Virus record (IMG/VR): IMGVR_UViG_3300041097_000025 | Span: 1 to 43,024 of that record | Length of the DNA stretch: 43,024 bases | Reading direction: 5' to 3' (one strand) | Source: a virus | Taxonomy: Duplodnaviria; Caudoviricetes | Shown here: piece by piece, positions 8,424 to 16,597 of the stretch | Layout: each line of letters starts with the position of its first letter | How positions within the stretch are numbered: position 1 is the stretch's first letter | The notes under the pieces: generated by a model | What the model saw: only the letters and a program-made list of their open reading frames with translations | Told to the model about the DNA's origin: nothing | Database searches by the model: none | Made by a program: the position numbers and the translations under genes

Positions 8424-9281
8424 ATGAACACATCCGTCCTCACCGCCAGCCACTACGGCGTCGTGCATTTCGGTGATCTCGACTGCGAAGCTGTTGTGCT
8501 CACCAACGGCGAACGCGGCTACGTCCAGCGCCAACTGGCTCGTGCTCTGGGTCTGCGGGAAAAAAGTCCGGGTACGCAGATTGGCGCTTTGATCCGCGAA
8601 TTTGCCGCTAAGTCATTGTCAGCGTTCGAGAAAAAAGGGTACGCAAAGGTACGCCTGCCCTCGGGGCAGACCGGGACATTCTTTCCGGCGGGAATTGTGG
8701 GTGATGTGGCGCTCGGCGTCATCGATGCTGCATTGCTCGGACAGCTGCATCCCAAGCGCCAGCACCTCATCCCCAACTGCCGCAAGATTCTGTCGGCTCT
8801 GGCGGTCACTGGCGAAACTGCGCTGATCGACGAGGCGACCGGGTTCCAGTACCACCGCGCACCCGACGCGCTGCGGGAGCTGATCTCCAAGCTGCTGCGG
8901 CAATCCTGCTCGTCGTGGGAACGGCGCTTTCATCCCGACTACTACCGCGCCTTGTACCGCCTTTTCAACTGGCGATATCAGGGGCACGAGCAGAACCCGC
9001 CGCACGTCATCGGCCAGATCACGCTGCGCTGGGTGTACGGCCCGGTGTTGCCGGAGGATCTGCTGGGCGAGATCCGCAACCGCAAGGGTATCTCGCAGAA
9101 GCACCACCAGTGGTTGTCCGACCAAGGCCTCGCGCATCTGGAATCGCAGATTCACGCGGTCACAGCCATCGCGCGCAGTTCGATGAGCTACCCCGACTTC
9201 AAGCGCCGCTGTGAGGCCGCCTTCGCTGGCGCTGCCCTGCAATTGGGCCTGCTGCTCGATGAGTTCGAGGAGGAGGCGTGA
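8424..9281 (+). CDS. P63C-domain phage protein (antirepressor-like)
   Basis: ALIDEATGFQY...WERRFHPDYYRALYRL...IGQITLRWVYG...KHHQWLS, typical of P63C. Confidence 0.8.
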   Translation: MNTSVLTASHYGVVHFGDLDCEAVVLTNGERGYVQRQLARALGLREKSPGTQIGALIREFAAKSLSAFEKKGYAKVRLPSGQTGTFFPAGIVGDVALGVIDAALLGQLHPKRQHLIPNCRKILSALAVTGETALIDEATGFQYHRAPDALRELISKLLRQSCSSWERRFHPDYYRALYRLFNWRYQGHEQNPPHVIGQITLRWVYGPVLPEDLLGEIRNRKGISQKHHQWLSDQGLAHLESQIHAVTAIARSSMSYPDFKRRCEAAFAGAALQLGLLLDEFEEEA

Positions 9282-9778
9282 AATGTTGGGTCTGCAAACG
9301 TCAAGCACGCGGCTACGGACACTCGGACGGTCGATTCAAGACAGCCGACCCGCACCGCTATCCCATCGACTGGGTGTTCTGCTCGCGCCGCTGCCAGGAC
9401 ACCTTCCACCTGCTCTACGGCAATTGGCTGCGCGCCAAGGAACGCCGAATCGATATCAAGGAGGTCGCCATGATCGATCCGTCTGATATCGAGCTTGCCG
9501 CGATGAAGCAGTGCCTCAAGGCCTTCGGCGAGGCGGTGGGCGAGATCGGCTTTGCCAAACCGCTGGGCGACTATTCCGAAGCCGAGGCACTGCGGGTGAT
9601 CGACGCCATCGTTACCTGCTGGTCGGACGCGATGGTCGCGCACCACGAGCAGAGCAAGTTCCCGCCCGTGCGGGGCTTACCGCCGATGCCCGATCCCTTG
9701 TCGCCAGGCAGCGCCAATCCGTTCGCCGATCTGGAAGACGATCTGCCGTGGGATGAACCGAAGGGGAAAAAGCCATGA
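9278..9778 (+). CDS. Phage protein with N-terminal Zn-ribbon (DUF6511-like)
   Basis: CWVC...FCSRRCQ; acidic tail DLEDDLPW. Confidence 0.65.
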   Translation: MKCWVCKRQARGYGHSDGRFKTADPHRYPIDWVFCSRRCQDTFHLLYGNWLRAKERRIDIKEVAMIDPSDIELAAMKQCLKAFGEAVGEIGFAKPLGDYSEAEALRVIDAIVTCWSDAMVAHHEQSKFPPVRGLPPMPDPLSPGSANPFADLEDDLPWDEPKGKKP

Positions 9779-10512
9779 TGGACTTCAACTCCTCATCGAG
9801 CATCTCTGGTCAGGTCACCGCCCTGGTCGACGCCGGAATGCAGCAGGCTCGCGCCCGCCAATCCGAGCGCCAGTACCTCGGGGCCTCGCGTCTCGGCGTG
9901 GCCTGCGAGCGCGCACTGCAGTTCGAGTACGCCAAGGCTCCCGTCGACCCCGGGCGTGAGATCCCCGGGCGGATGCTGCGCATTTTTGAGCGTGGTCACG
10001 TCATGGAGGACTGCATGGTCGTGTGGATGCGGGATGCGGGGTTCGACCTGCGCACCCGCAAGGCCGACGGCGAGCAGTTCGGTTTCTCGGTAGCAGACGA
10101 CCGCCTCCAGGGCCACATCGACGGCGTAATCGTCGGTGGCCCTGAGGGCTTCGCCTATCCCGCGCTCTGGGAATGCAAATGCCTCGGCAACAAGTCGTGG
10201 AACGACCTGGACAAGAAGGGACTGGCGACTTCCAAGCCCATCTACGCCGCGCAAGTAGCGATCTACCAAGCCTATCTCGAACTGCACGAGCACCCGGCAA
10301 TCTTCACGGCGCTCCACGCCGACACGATGGAGATCTACACCGAGCTTGTGCCCTTTGATGCAGCCCTGGCGCAGCGCATGTCGGATCGAGCGGTGAAGGC
10401 CATCACGGCAACCGAGGCAGGAGAGCTCCTGCCGCGCGCCTTCAATGACCAGACCCATTTCGAATGCCGGATGTGTGCGTGGCAAGTCCGCTGCTGGAGG
10501 GAAACGCAATGA
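9775..10512 (+). CDS. Cas4/AddB-like PD-(D/E)XK exonuclease
   Basis: YLGASRLGVAC, GHIDG, LWECK, QVAIYQ and C-terminal CRMC...C (1+3 Cys Fe-S pattern). Confidence 0.8.
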   Translation: MMDFNSSSSISGQVTALVDAGMQQARARQSERQYLGASRLGVACERALQFEYAKAPVDPGREIPGRMLRIFERGHVMEDCMVVWMRDAGFDLRTRKADGEQFGFSVADDRLQGHIDGVIVGGPEGFAYPALWECKCLGNKSWNDLDKKGLATSKPIYAAQVAIYQAYLELHEHPAIFTALHADTMEIYTELVPFDAALAQRMSDRAVKAITATEAGELLPRAFNDQTHFECRMCAWQVRCWRETQ

Positions 10513-10721
10513 AGCATTCCCATTCACAACCACAGGCAGTGGAGCCGATGGTCGGCGCGCAGCACGCCGCACGCACATTGGCTCTGCCACTGCATTTCTT
10601 CACCAAGCCCAGCAGCCGTGCTTCGAAGCGTATCCCGCACTACCGGGTCGGCCAGATGGTTCGCTTTCGGATTTCGGAACTCTCCACATGGGCGGCAACG
10701 CAAGGAGGCACTCATGAGTGA
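10509..10721 (+). CDS. Small excisionase-like HTH protein
   Basis: 70 aa, RIPHYRVGQMVRFRISELSTW. Confidence 0.7.
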   Translation: MKHSHSQPQAVEPMVGAQHAARTLALPLHFFTKPSSRASKRIPHYRVGQMVRFRISELSTWAATQGGTHE

Positions 10722-11313
10722 CTACCGTGTCCGAATCACGGTGCGCAATGCACGCTTGCTGCGCGCCATCGAGCAGGCAGGCCACAGGCCGGGGGCGCAG
10801 TTCGCCGCCGCCGTCGGGATCAGCTACTACGGATCGCTGCTGCCTTACCTCAACCTCACGCGCTCCCCCCTCAACCGGGAGGGGCTGCTGCGGGAGTGCG
10901 CGTGGGCCTTGTGTGACTACCTGCGCGCATCGCCATCCGACCTGTGGTCGGATGCCCAACTGCAGCCGCTGAAGCAGAACCATTCGAGCGTCGATCTGGA
11001 CGCGGACAGCGTGCAGGCGCTGGTCTGCGGCACACGCACCGCCGATGACCCTTTGCGGCTGGCCAGCCGTGCACAGGCATGCCGCATCCTTCAGGACGCC
11101 CTCAATTCGCTGACGCCTCGTGAGGCGAATGTGATCCGCGAGCGCTTCTTTGTCGGTTCGTCGCTGGACGAGATCGCCGAGCAGATGGAGGTTTCGCGCG
11201 AGCGCATCCGCCAGATCGAAGTCAAGGCGCTGCGCAAGTTACGTCATGAATCGCGCATCCCGCGTGATCTGGCCGGTATCGCCGACGTAATCGGAGGTGC
11301 CGCCGATGCTTGA
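10714..11313 (+). CDS. HTH plus sigma70 region 4 fusion protein
   Basis: 199 aa. C-terminal [13 protein letters not shown]...[29 protein letters not shown] resembles RpoD region 4; the N-terminus is XRE-like. GGAGG SD. Confidence 0.75.
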   Translation: [199 protein letters not shown]

Positions 11314-13600
11314 TTTCAACGACACCCCGCAATCTGTCGAACCCCCGAGCATCCTCAATGATAGCGAGCGCGAGGAACTTCGGGCCGGGCTGATCGCGCG
11401 CCTTTCATCGGTACTGGTCACGATGTTTCCGGCAGGCAAGAAGCGCCGGGGCAAGTTCCTGATCGGCGACGTGCTGGGCAGTCCCGGCGACAGCCTCGAA
11501 GTAGTGCTCGATGGCGAGAAGGCAGGACTGTGGACGGATCGCGCGACGGGCGATGGCGGCGACATTTTTTCGCTGATCGCCGGACATTTAGCGCTAAACA
11601 TCCACACCGACTTCAATCGTGTACTCGATGCAGCTGCCGACCTGCTCGGTCGTGCTCGGGTGATGCCGGCGCACAAATCTGGCAAGAAGGAAGCCCCGGT
11701 CGACGAGCTCGGCCCAGCCACTTCGAAGTGGGACTACCTCGATCCGGCGGGCCATCTCATCGCTGTCGTCTACCGCTACGACCCGCCCGGGCAGAAGAAG
11801 CAGTTCCGGCCGTGGGATGCCAAGCGTCGCAAGATGGCACCGCCCGATCCACGCCCACTTTACAACCAGCCGGGGATGACAAATGCCGCGCAAGTGGTGC
11901 TGGTCGAAGGCGAAAAATGCGCGCAAGCACTCATCGATGCGGGCATCGTGGCCACCACCGCGATGCATGGCGCGAATGCACCGGTGGAGAAAACCGACTG
12001 GTCGCCGTTGGCCGGCAAGTCCGTGCTGATCTGGCCTGACCGCGACAAGCCGGGCTGGGACTATGCGACGCAGGCAGCGCAGGCCATCTTGTCGGCAGGC
12101 GCGAAAACCTGCCACATCCTATACCCGCCAGAGGAGGCAGCCGAGGGGTGGGATGCGGCCGACGCCATGGCCGAGGGCTTCGATGTTGCCGCCTTCCTCG
12201 CCCATGGCCCGCGTCTGCAGATGCACGACGTGGCCGATGAGGCAGAGCCAGTCGTCAGCAGTGACGAATCGGTGTGGGGGACAGAGGACGCGCTGGCCCT
12301 GGCCTTTACCCGCCGCTACCACCGCGACTGGCGTTACGTCGCTGGCTGGGGGCGCTGGCTGGTGTGGGATGGCAATCGCTGGCGCACCGAGGACACGCTG
12401 GCCGCCTCCGACCTGATCCGCAGCGTTTGCCGCCACGCTGCTGTCCGCGCAGACAATCCTAAGGTGGCGGCGAAGCTCGCCAGTTCGAGTACGGTCGGCG
12501 GTGTGGAACGGCTGGCCAGGGCCGATCGCAGGCACGCCGCCACCACCGAAGAGTGGGATGCCGACCCCTGGCTGCTCAACGCCCCGGGCGGCGTGATCGA
12601 TCTCAAGACTGGCCGCCAGCGCCCACATGACCGTGCCGACCGGATGACCAAAATCACCACGGCCACGCCCGGAGGTGACTGCCCTATCTGGCGTCAATTC
12701 CTCGACGAGGTCACGGGTGGTGACAACGAGTTGCAGAGCTACTTGCAGCGAATGGTCGGTTACGCCCTCACCGGATCGACGCGAGAGCACGCGCTGTTTT
12801 TTCTGTACGGCACGGGTGCGAATGGCAAGTCGGTGTTCGTGAACACGCTGGCCACGATCCTCGGCGACTACGCGACCAACGCACCCATGGACACGTTCAT
12901 GGAGACGCGCACCGACCGGCATCCGACCGATATGGCCGGGTTGCGCGGCGCACGCTTCGTGGCGGCCATCGAAACTGAGCAGGGGCGGCGCTGGGCCGAG
13001 TCGAAGGTCAAGAACCTGACCGGGGGCGACAAGATCTCCGCGCGCTTCATGCGCCAGGACTTCTTCGAGTTCTTCCCACAGTTCAAGCTGTTTGTGGCCG
13101 GCAACCACAAGCCCGCGATTCGCAACATCGACGAGGCGATGAAGCGGCGACTGCACCTGATCCCGTTCACGATCACCGTGCCGCCCGATCGCCGCGACAA
13201 GCATCTTCAGCAGAAATTGCTGGCCGAGCGTGACGGCATCCTGGCTTGGGCGGTGCAGGGCTGTCTCGACTGGCAACGCCTGGGACGGCTCGATCCTCCC
13301 CAGCGGGTCGTGGAGGCAACCGAGGAGTACTTCGAAGCCGAGGATGCATTGGGCCGCTGGCTGGATGAGTGTTGCGTGCGCGAGCCCAACGCCAAGTCGC
13401 TGACTGCTGAACTGTTCACCGACTGGAAGCAATGGTCGGAAGCGGCGGGCGAATTCAGCGGGTCGCAGCGGCGTTTTTCCGATCTGCTCATCACACGCGG
13501 AATTGAGAAATGGCGCAACAGCATGGGTGTGCGGGGATTCCAGGGGATTGGTCTCAAGAACCCGCCCACGCCCGCTTACACCCCTTACGCAGACAACTGA
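11306..13600 (+). CDS. P4-family primase/helicase (Toprim + D5_N + SF3 helicase)
   Basis: Toprim VLVEGEKCA and WPDRD; Walker A LYGTGANGKS; TGGDKISARFMRQDFFEF; GNHKP. Confidence 0.92.
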   Translation: MLDFNDTPQSVEPPSILNDSEREELRAGLIARLSSVLVTMFPAGKKRRGKFLIGDVLGSPGDSLEVVLDGEKAGLWTDRATGDGGDIFSLIAGHLALNIHTDFNRVLDAAADLLGRARVMPAHKSGKKEAPVDELGPATSKWDYLDPAGHLIAVVYRYDPPGQKKQFRPWDAKRRKMAPPDPRPLYNQPGMTNAAQVVLVEGEKCAQALIDAGIVATTAMHGANAPVEKTDWSPLAGKSVLIWPDRDKPGWDYATQAAQAILSAGAKTCHILYPPEEAAEGWDAADAMAEGFDVAAFLAHGPRLQMHDVADEAEPVVSSDESVWGTEDALALAFTRRYHRDWRYVAGWGRWLVWDGNRWRTEDTLAASDLIRSVCRHAAVRADNPKVAAKLASSSTVGGVERLARADRRHAATTEEWDADPWLLNAPGGVIDLKTGRQRPHDRADRMTKITTATPGGDCPIWRQFLDEVTGGDNELQSYLQRMVGYALTGSTREHALFFLYGTGANGKSVFVNTLATILGDYATNAPMDTFMETRTDRHPTDMAGLRGARFVAAIETEQGRRWAESKVKNLTGGDKISARFMRQDFFEFFPQFKLFVAGNHKPAIRNIDEAMKRRLHLIPFTITVPPDRRDKHLQQKLLAERDGILAWAVQGCLDWQRLGRLDPPQRVVEATEEYFEAEDALGRWLDECCVREPNAKSLTAELFTDWKQWSEAAGEFSGSQRRFSDLLITRGIEKWRNSMGVRGFQGIGLKNPPTPAYTPYADN

Positions 13601-13621
13601 CGCTCATGAAAAACCATCCGG

Positions 13622-13714
13622 CTGACGCAGCCGACGCTCTTTCACGTAACTCTCCACACGTGTGCGCGTGCGCGCCTCATGGAATGTTTCGACAAACCGT
13701 GTCGGCTGCGTCAG
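13622..13714. repeat. 14-bp perfect inverted repeat enclosing a 21-nt alternating purine-pyrimidine tract; putative replication origin
   Basis: CTGACGCAGCCGAC at 13622-13635 and GTCGGCTGCGTCAG at 13701-13714; CACACGTGTGCGCGTGCGCGC at 13655-13675; directly after the primase stop. Confidence 0.6.
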
Positions 13715-13740
13715 ACCAAGAGCAAGAAAGGACTGAACAC

Positions 13741-14205
13741 ATGAACACGACGATCCTCGCCCTCGATCTGGGCACGAATACTGGGTGGGCGCTGCACCAC
13801 TTGGACGGCAGCATCCTCAGCGGCACGCAATGCTTCAAGCCACAGCGGTTCGAGGGTGGCGGGATGCGTTTCCTCAGATTCAAGCACTGGCTCAACGAAC
13901 TGCTGTCGGCCAGCCACTCCATCAACGCGGTGTACTTCGAAGAGGTGCGACGCCACGCTGGTGTCGATGCTGCACATGCCTACGGTGGATTCATGGGCCA
14001 CCTCACCGCCTGGTGTGAGCATCACAACATCCCGTACCAAGGTGTGCCAGTCGGCACCATCAAGAAGCATGCGACCGGCAAAGGCAATGCCGGCAAGGAC
14101 GAGATGATCGTCGCCGCAAGGTCACGTGGTCACGATCCCAAAGACGACAACGAAGCCGATGCCTTGGCATTGCTGCACTGGGCCATCGAGATGCAGGAGG
14201 TGTGA
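13741..14205 (+). CDS. RuvC-like Holliday junction resolvase
   Basis: ILALDLGTNTGWA, VYFEEV, IKKHATGKGNAGK, DDNEADALALL. Confidence 0.85.
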   Translation: MNTTILALDLGTNTGWALHHLDGSILSGTQCFKPQRFEGGGMRFLRFKHWLNELLSASHSINAVYFEEVRRHAGVDAAHAYGGFMGHLTAWCEHHNIPYQGVPVGTIKKHATGKGNAGKDEMIVAARSRGHDPKDDNEADALALLHWAIEMQEV

Positions 14206-14206
14206 C

Positions 14207-14410
14207 GTGAAGATCCCGGCACAGCAATACCGCTGCCCTCTAGGTCGCCTGCAACCGCAGACCACCGATCTTGAAAACATCAAACAGTCCGGCTGGCGCG
14301 ACCAGCACATCCTCGTGGTGTCCGAGCAGGACGACCGTCTGGACTTCGTCGAGCGGGAGTTCGTGCGACGGATCGGCGAGCGCCTGTACGGAGGGAAGCG
14401 TCATGGCTGA
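14207..14410 (+). CDS. Small conserved phage hypothetical protein
   Basis: 67 aa, GTG start after AGGAGG, overlaps the next gene. Confidence 0.6.
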   Translation: MKIPAQQYRCPLGRLQPQTTDLENIKQSGWRDQHILVVSEQDDRLDFVEREFVRRIGERLYGGKRHG

Positions 14411-14801
14411 ATGGACAATGGAGGATGTGGCAGCGCGCTTTTCCGAGGCGGCAGAGACCGGACGGCGGTTGCCTCCGGTCAGAGTGCAGGGCTACTTCAA
14501 TGTGTGGCCAGCGTTCGCACGCAAGGAATGGGAAGGCTTCACGGACAAGGACTACGAGTACCGCCCGCTGCCACCAAGCCCCGAGGCCATCGACCGGATG
14601 CTGGAGGCGATGCGATGGGTTCAGTGGCTGGAGGAGGAGCAACGTCACCTCGTGTGGATGCGTGCCAAGCAATATGAGTGGAGGGTTATCTGTCGTCGCT
14701 TTGGTTGCGAGCGGACGACGGCGTGGAGGCGGTGGCAACGGGCATTGCAGATCGTTGCTGAGCGGCTCAACGAGCAGACTCATCGCGCGGTAGTGTTTTG
14801 A
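14403..14801 (+). CDS. DUF6362-like HTH protein, putative late-gene regulator
   Basis: C-terminal sigma4-like HTH WRVICRRFGCERTTAWRRWQRAL; last gene before cos and the late genes. Confidence 0.65.
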   Translation: MAEWTMEDVAARFSEAAETGRRLPPVRVQGYFNVWPAFARKEWEGFTDKDYEYRPLPPSPEAIDRMLEAMRWVQWLEEEQRHLVWMRAKQYEWRVICRRFGCERTTAWRRWQRALQIVAERLNEQTHRAVVF

Positions 14802-14960
14802 CGTGAATTGGCGTCAATAGGCGTGTAAGCGCTGCAATCAACGGCAATCAGCGGTTTTTGGCCATGCAACATCTACCCCGGGTTTTGGATACTATGACAG
14901 CTATGATCTGGCGAGCGGTGTGGGTGTGAATCTACATCGTTCTCAGTCAGGAAATTCGAT

Positions 14961-15058
14961 GGGTCCTTCCTGTCAAAAATCCCATGCGGGGGGCGCGAGC
15001 GCGGCATTTCGCTAGCGTCAAACTGCAAACCGAGGTTTGCAGGGTTTGCAGGTTTGCA
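14961..15058 (+). other. Putative lambda-like cos site (cosQ-cosN-cosB)
   Basis: GGGTCCT (lambda cosQ sequence) at 14961-14967; G-rich GCGGGGGGCGCGAGCGCGG at about 14986-15004; TTTCGCTA at 15007 as in lambda; GGTTTGCA x3 (15034, 15043, 15051) plus an inverted copy (15024). Confidence 0.65.
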
Positions 15059-15071
15059 CCCCAGTCCGACC

Positions 15072-15096
15072 GGCCCGCCACTGCGCGGGCCTTTTA
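15072..15096 (+). terminator. Rho-independent terminator
   Basis: GGCCCGC-cactgc-GCGGGCC followed by TTTT. Confidence 0.6.
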
Positions 15097-15190
15097 GTTT
15101 CTACGGCAGCAGCGACCCTCGCGGCCCGTGACGGGGCTTTCCTCCTTTCACCCGTCCGGGCCGCACCTTTTTTGGAAACCTGAACTGAAA

Positions 15191-16597
15191 ATGCTCAACG
15201 TCGAGTACCGCAAGGTCGAGACGCTGATCCCCTACGCACGGAATCCGAGGACGCACAACGACGAGCAGGTGGCGAAGATCGCCGCCAGCATCGTCGAGTA
15301 CGGCTGGACGAATCCGATCCTGGTGGACGGCGAGAACGGCATCATTGCCGGCCACGGTCGGCTGGCGGCTGCGCGCAAGTTGGAGCTGGCCGAGGTGCCG
15401 GTCATCGAACTGGCTCACCTGTCGCCGACCCAGAAGCGCGCCTACGTGATTTCCGACAACCGCCTGGCGCTCGATGCCGGATGGGATGACGCGATGCTGG
15501 CGCTGGAACTGGCCGAGTTGTCCGAGGCGGGATACGACCTCGCGCTCACCGGCTTCGACGATGCCGAGATCGAGCAGTTGCTCGCCACCGACGTCGCAGT
15601 CGACGGCGAAGCGGACGACGCGCAGGAGAGCGACGAACCCGATGCGGCCGACGACGTACCAGCCACTCCGGCGACGCCTGTCTCTCAGCCCGGTGATGTC
15701 TGGGCATTGGGTGCGCACCGGGTGATCTGCGGCGATGCCGCCGATCCGGCTGTGATCGGGGCACTGATGGCCGGCGAGCAAGCGGTGCTTTGCTTCACGT
15801 CGCCGCCCTACGGTAACCAACGCGACTACACGAACACCATCATCGATTGGGATGCCCTGATGCGCGGCGTCTTCGCCCAGCTGCCGATGGCCCCGACCGG
15901 CCAGGTGCTGGTCAATCTCGGGCTGATCCACCGCGAGCAGGAAGTCATTCCATACTGGGATGCCTGGCTCGACTGGATGCGTACTCAGGGCTGGCGGCGC
16001 TTTGCCTGGTACGTCTGGGATCAGGGGCCGGGACTGCCCGGCGACTGGAACGGTCGCCTTGCGCCGGCCTTCGAATTCGTCTTCCACTTCAACCGGAAGG
16101 ACAGTGAGGCGCGTCGCCCCAACAAGATCGTGCCCTGCATCTACGCCGGGCGCGACACCCATCTGCGCGGCGACGGCACCAGTGCCGGCGGCATGCGCAA
16201 CAAGGACGGCAGCAAGACAGCGTGGAACCACGTCGGCACCGTCACCCAGGACTTCCGCATTCCCGACTCGGTGATTCGCATCATGCGGCACAAGGGCAAG
16301 ATCGGTCAGGACATCGATCACCCGGCCGTATTTCCGGTGGCGCTGCCCGAGTTCGTGCTGGAGTCCTACACCAACGAGGGCGAGATCGTGTTCGAGCCGT
16401 TCTGCGGTTCTGGCACCACCATCCTCGCCGCACAGCGCACCGGGCGAGTGACCCGGGCAACGGAGATCGCCCCCGAGTACGTCGATGTGGTGGTCAAGCG
16501 CTTCCAGCAGAACTTCCCCGACGTGCCGGTGACGCTGGTTGCCACCGGCCAGACCTTCGATGAGGTCGCCGCCGAACGATTGGGAGCACAGGCATGA
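15191..16597 (+). CDS. ParB/Srx-N-terminal DNA methyltransferase (beta class, SPPY motif)
   Basis: ParB-like N-terminus (IIAGHGRLAAA), catalytic FTSPPY, HPAVFP, SAM motif EPFCGSGTT. Confidence 0.9.
   Translation: MLNVEYRKVETLIPYARNPRTHNDEQVAKIAASIVEYGWTNPILVDGENGIIAGHGRLAAARKLELAEVPVIELAHLSPTQKRAYVISDNRLALDAGWDDAMLALELAELSEAGYDLALTGFDDAEIEQLLATDVAVDGEADDAQESDEPDAADDVPATPATPVSQPGDVWALGAHRVICGDAADPAVIGALMAGEQAVLCFTSPPYGNQRDYTNTIIDWDALMRGVFAQLPMAPTGQVLVNLGLIHREQEVIPYWDAWLDWMRTQGWRRFAWYVWDQGPGLPGDWNGRLAPAFEFVFHFNRKDSEARRPNKIVPCIYAGRDTHLRGDGTSAGGMRNKDGSKTAWNHVGTVTQDFRIPDSVIRIMRHKGKIGQDIDHPAVFPVALPEFVLESYTNEGEIVFEPFCGSGTTILAAQRTGRVTRATEIAPEYVDVVVKRFQQNFPDVPVTLVATGQTFDEVAAERLGAQA

Noticed and set aside
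9775-10512. CRISPR-Cas locus suggested by the Cas4-like gene
   Set aside because: No cas1/cas2 and no repeat-spacer array seen; stand-alone Cas4-like nucleases are usual in phage recombination modules.
14802-14960. ncRNA or tRNA in the gap before cos
   Set aside because: No cloverleaf or recognisable RNA family; more likely the late promoter region, which could not be pinned down.
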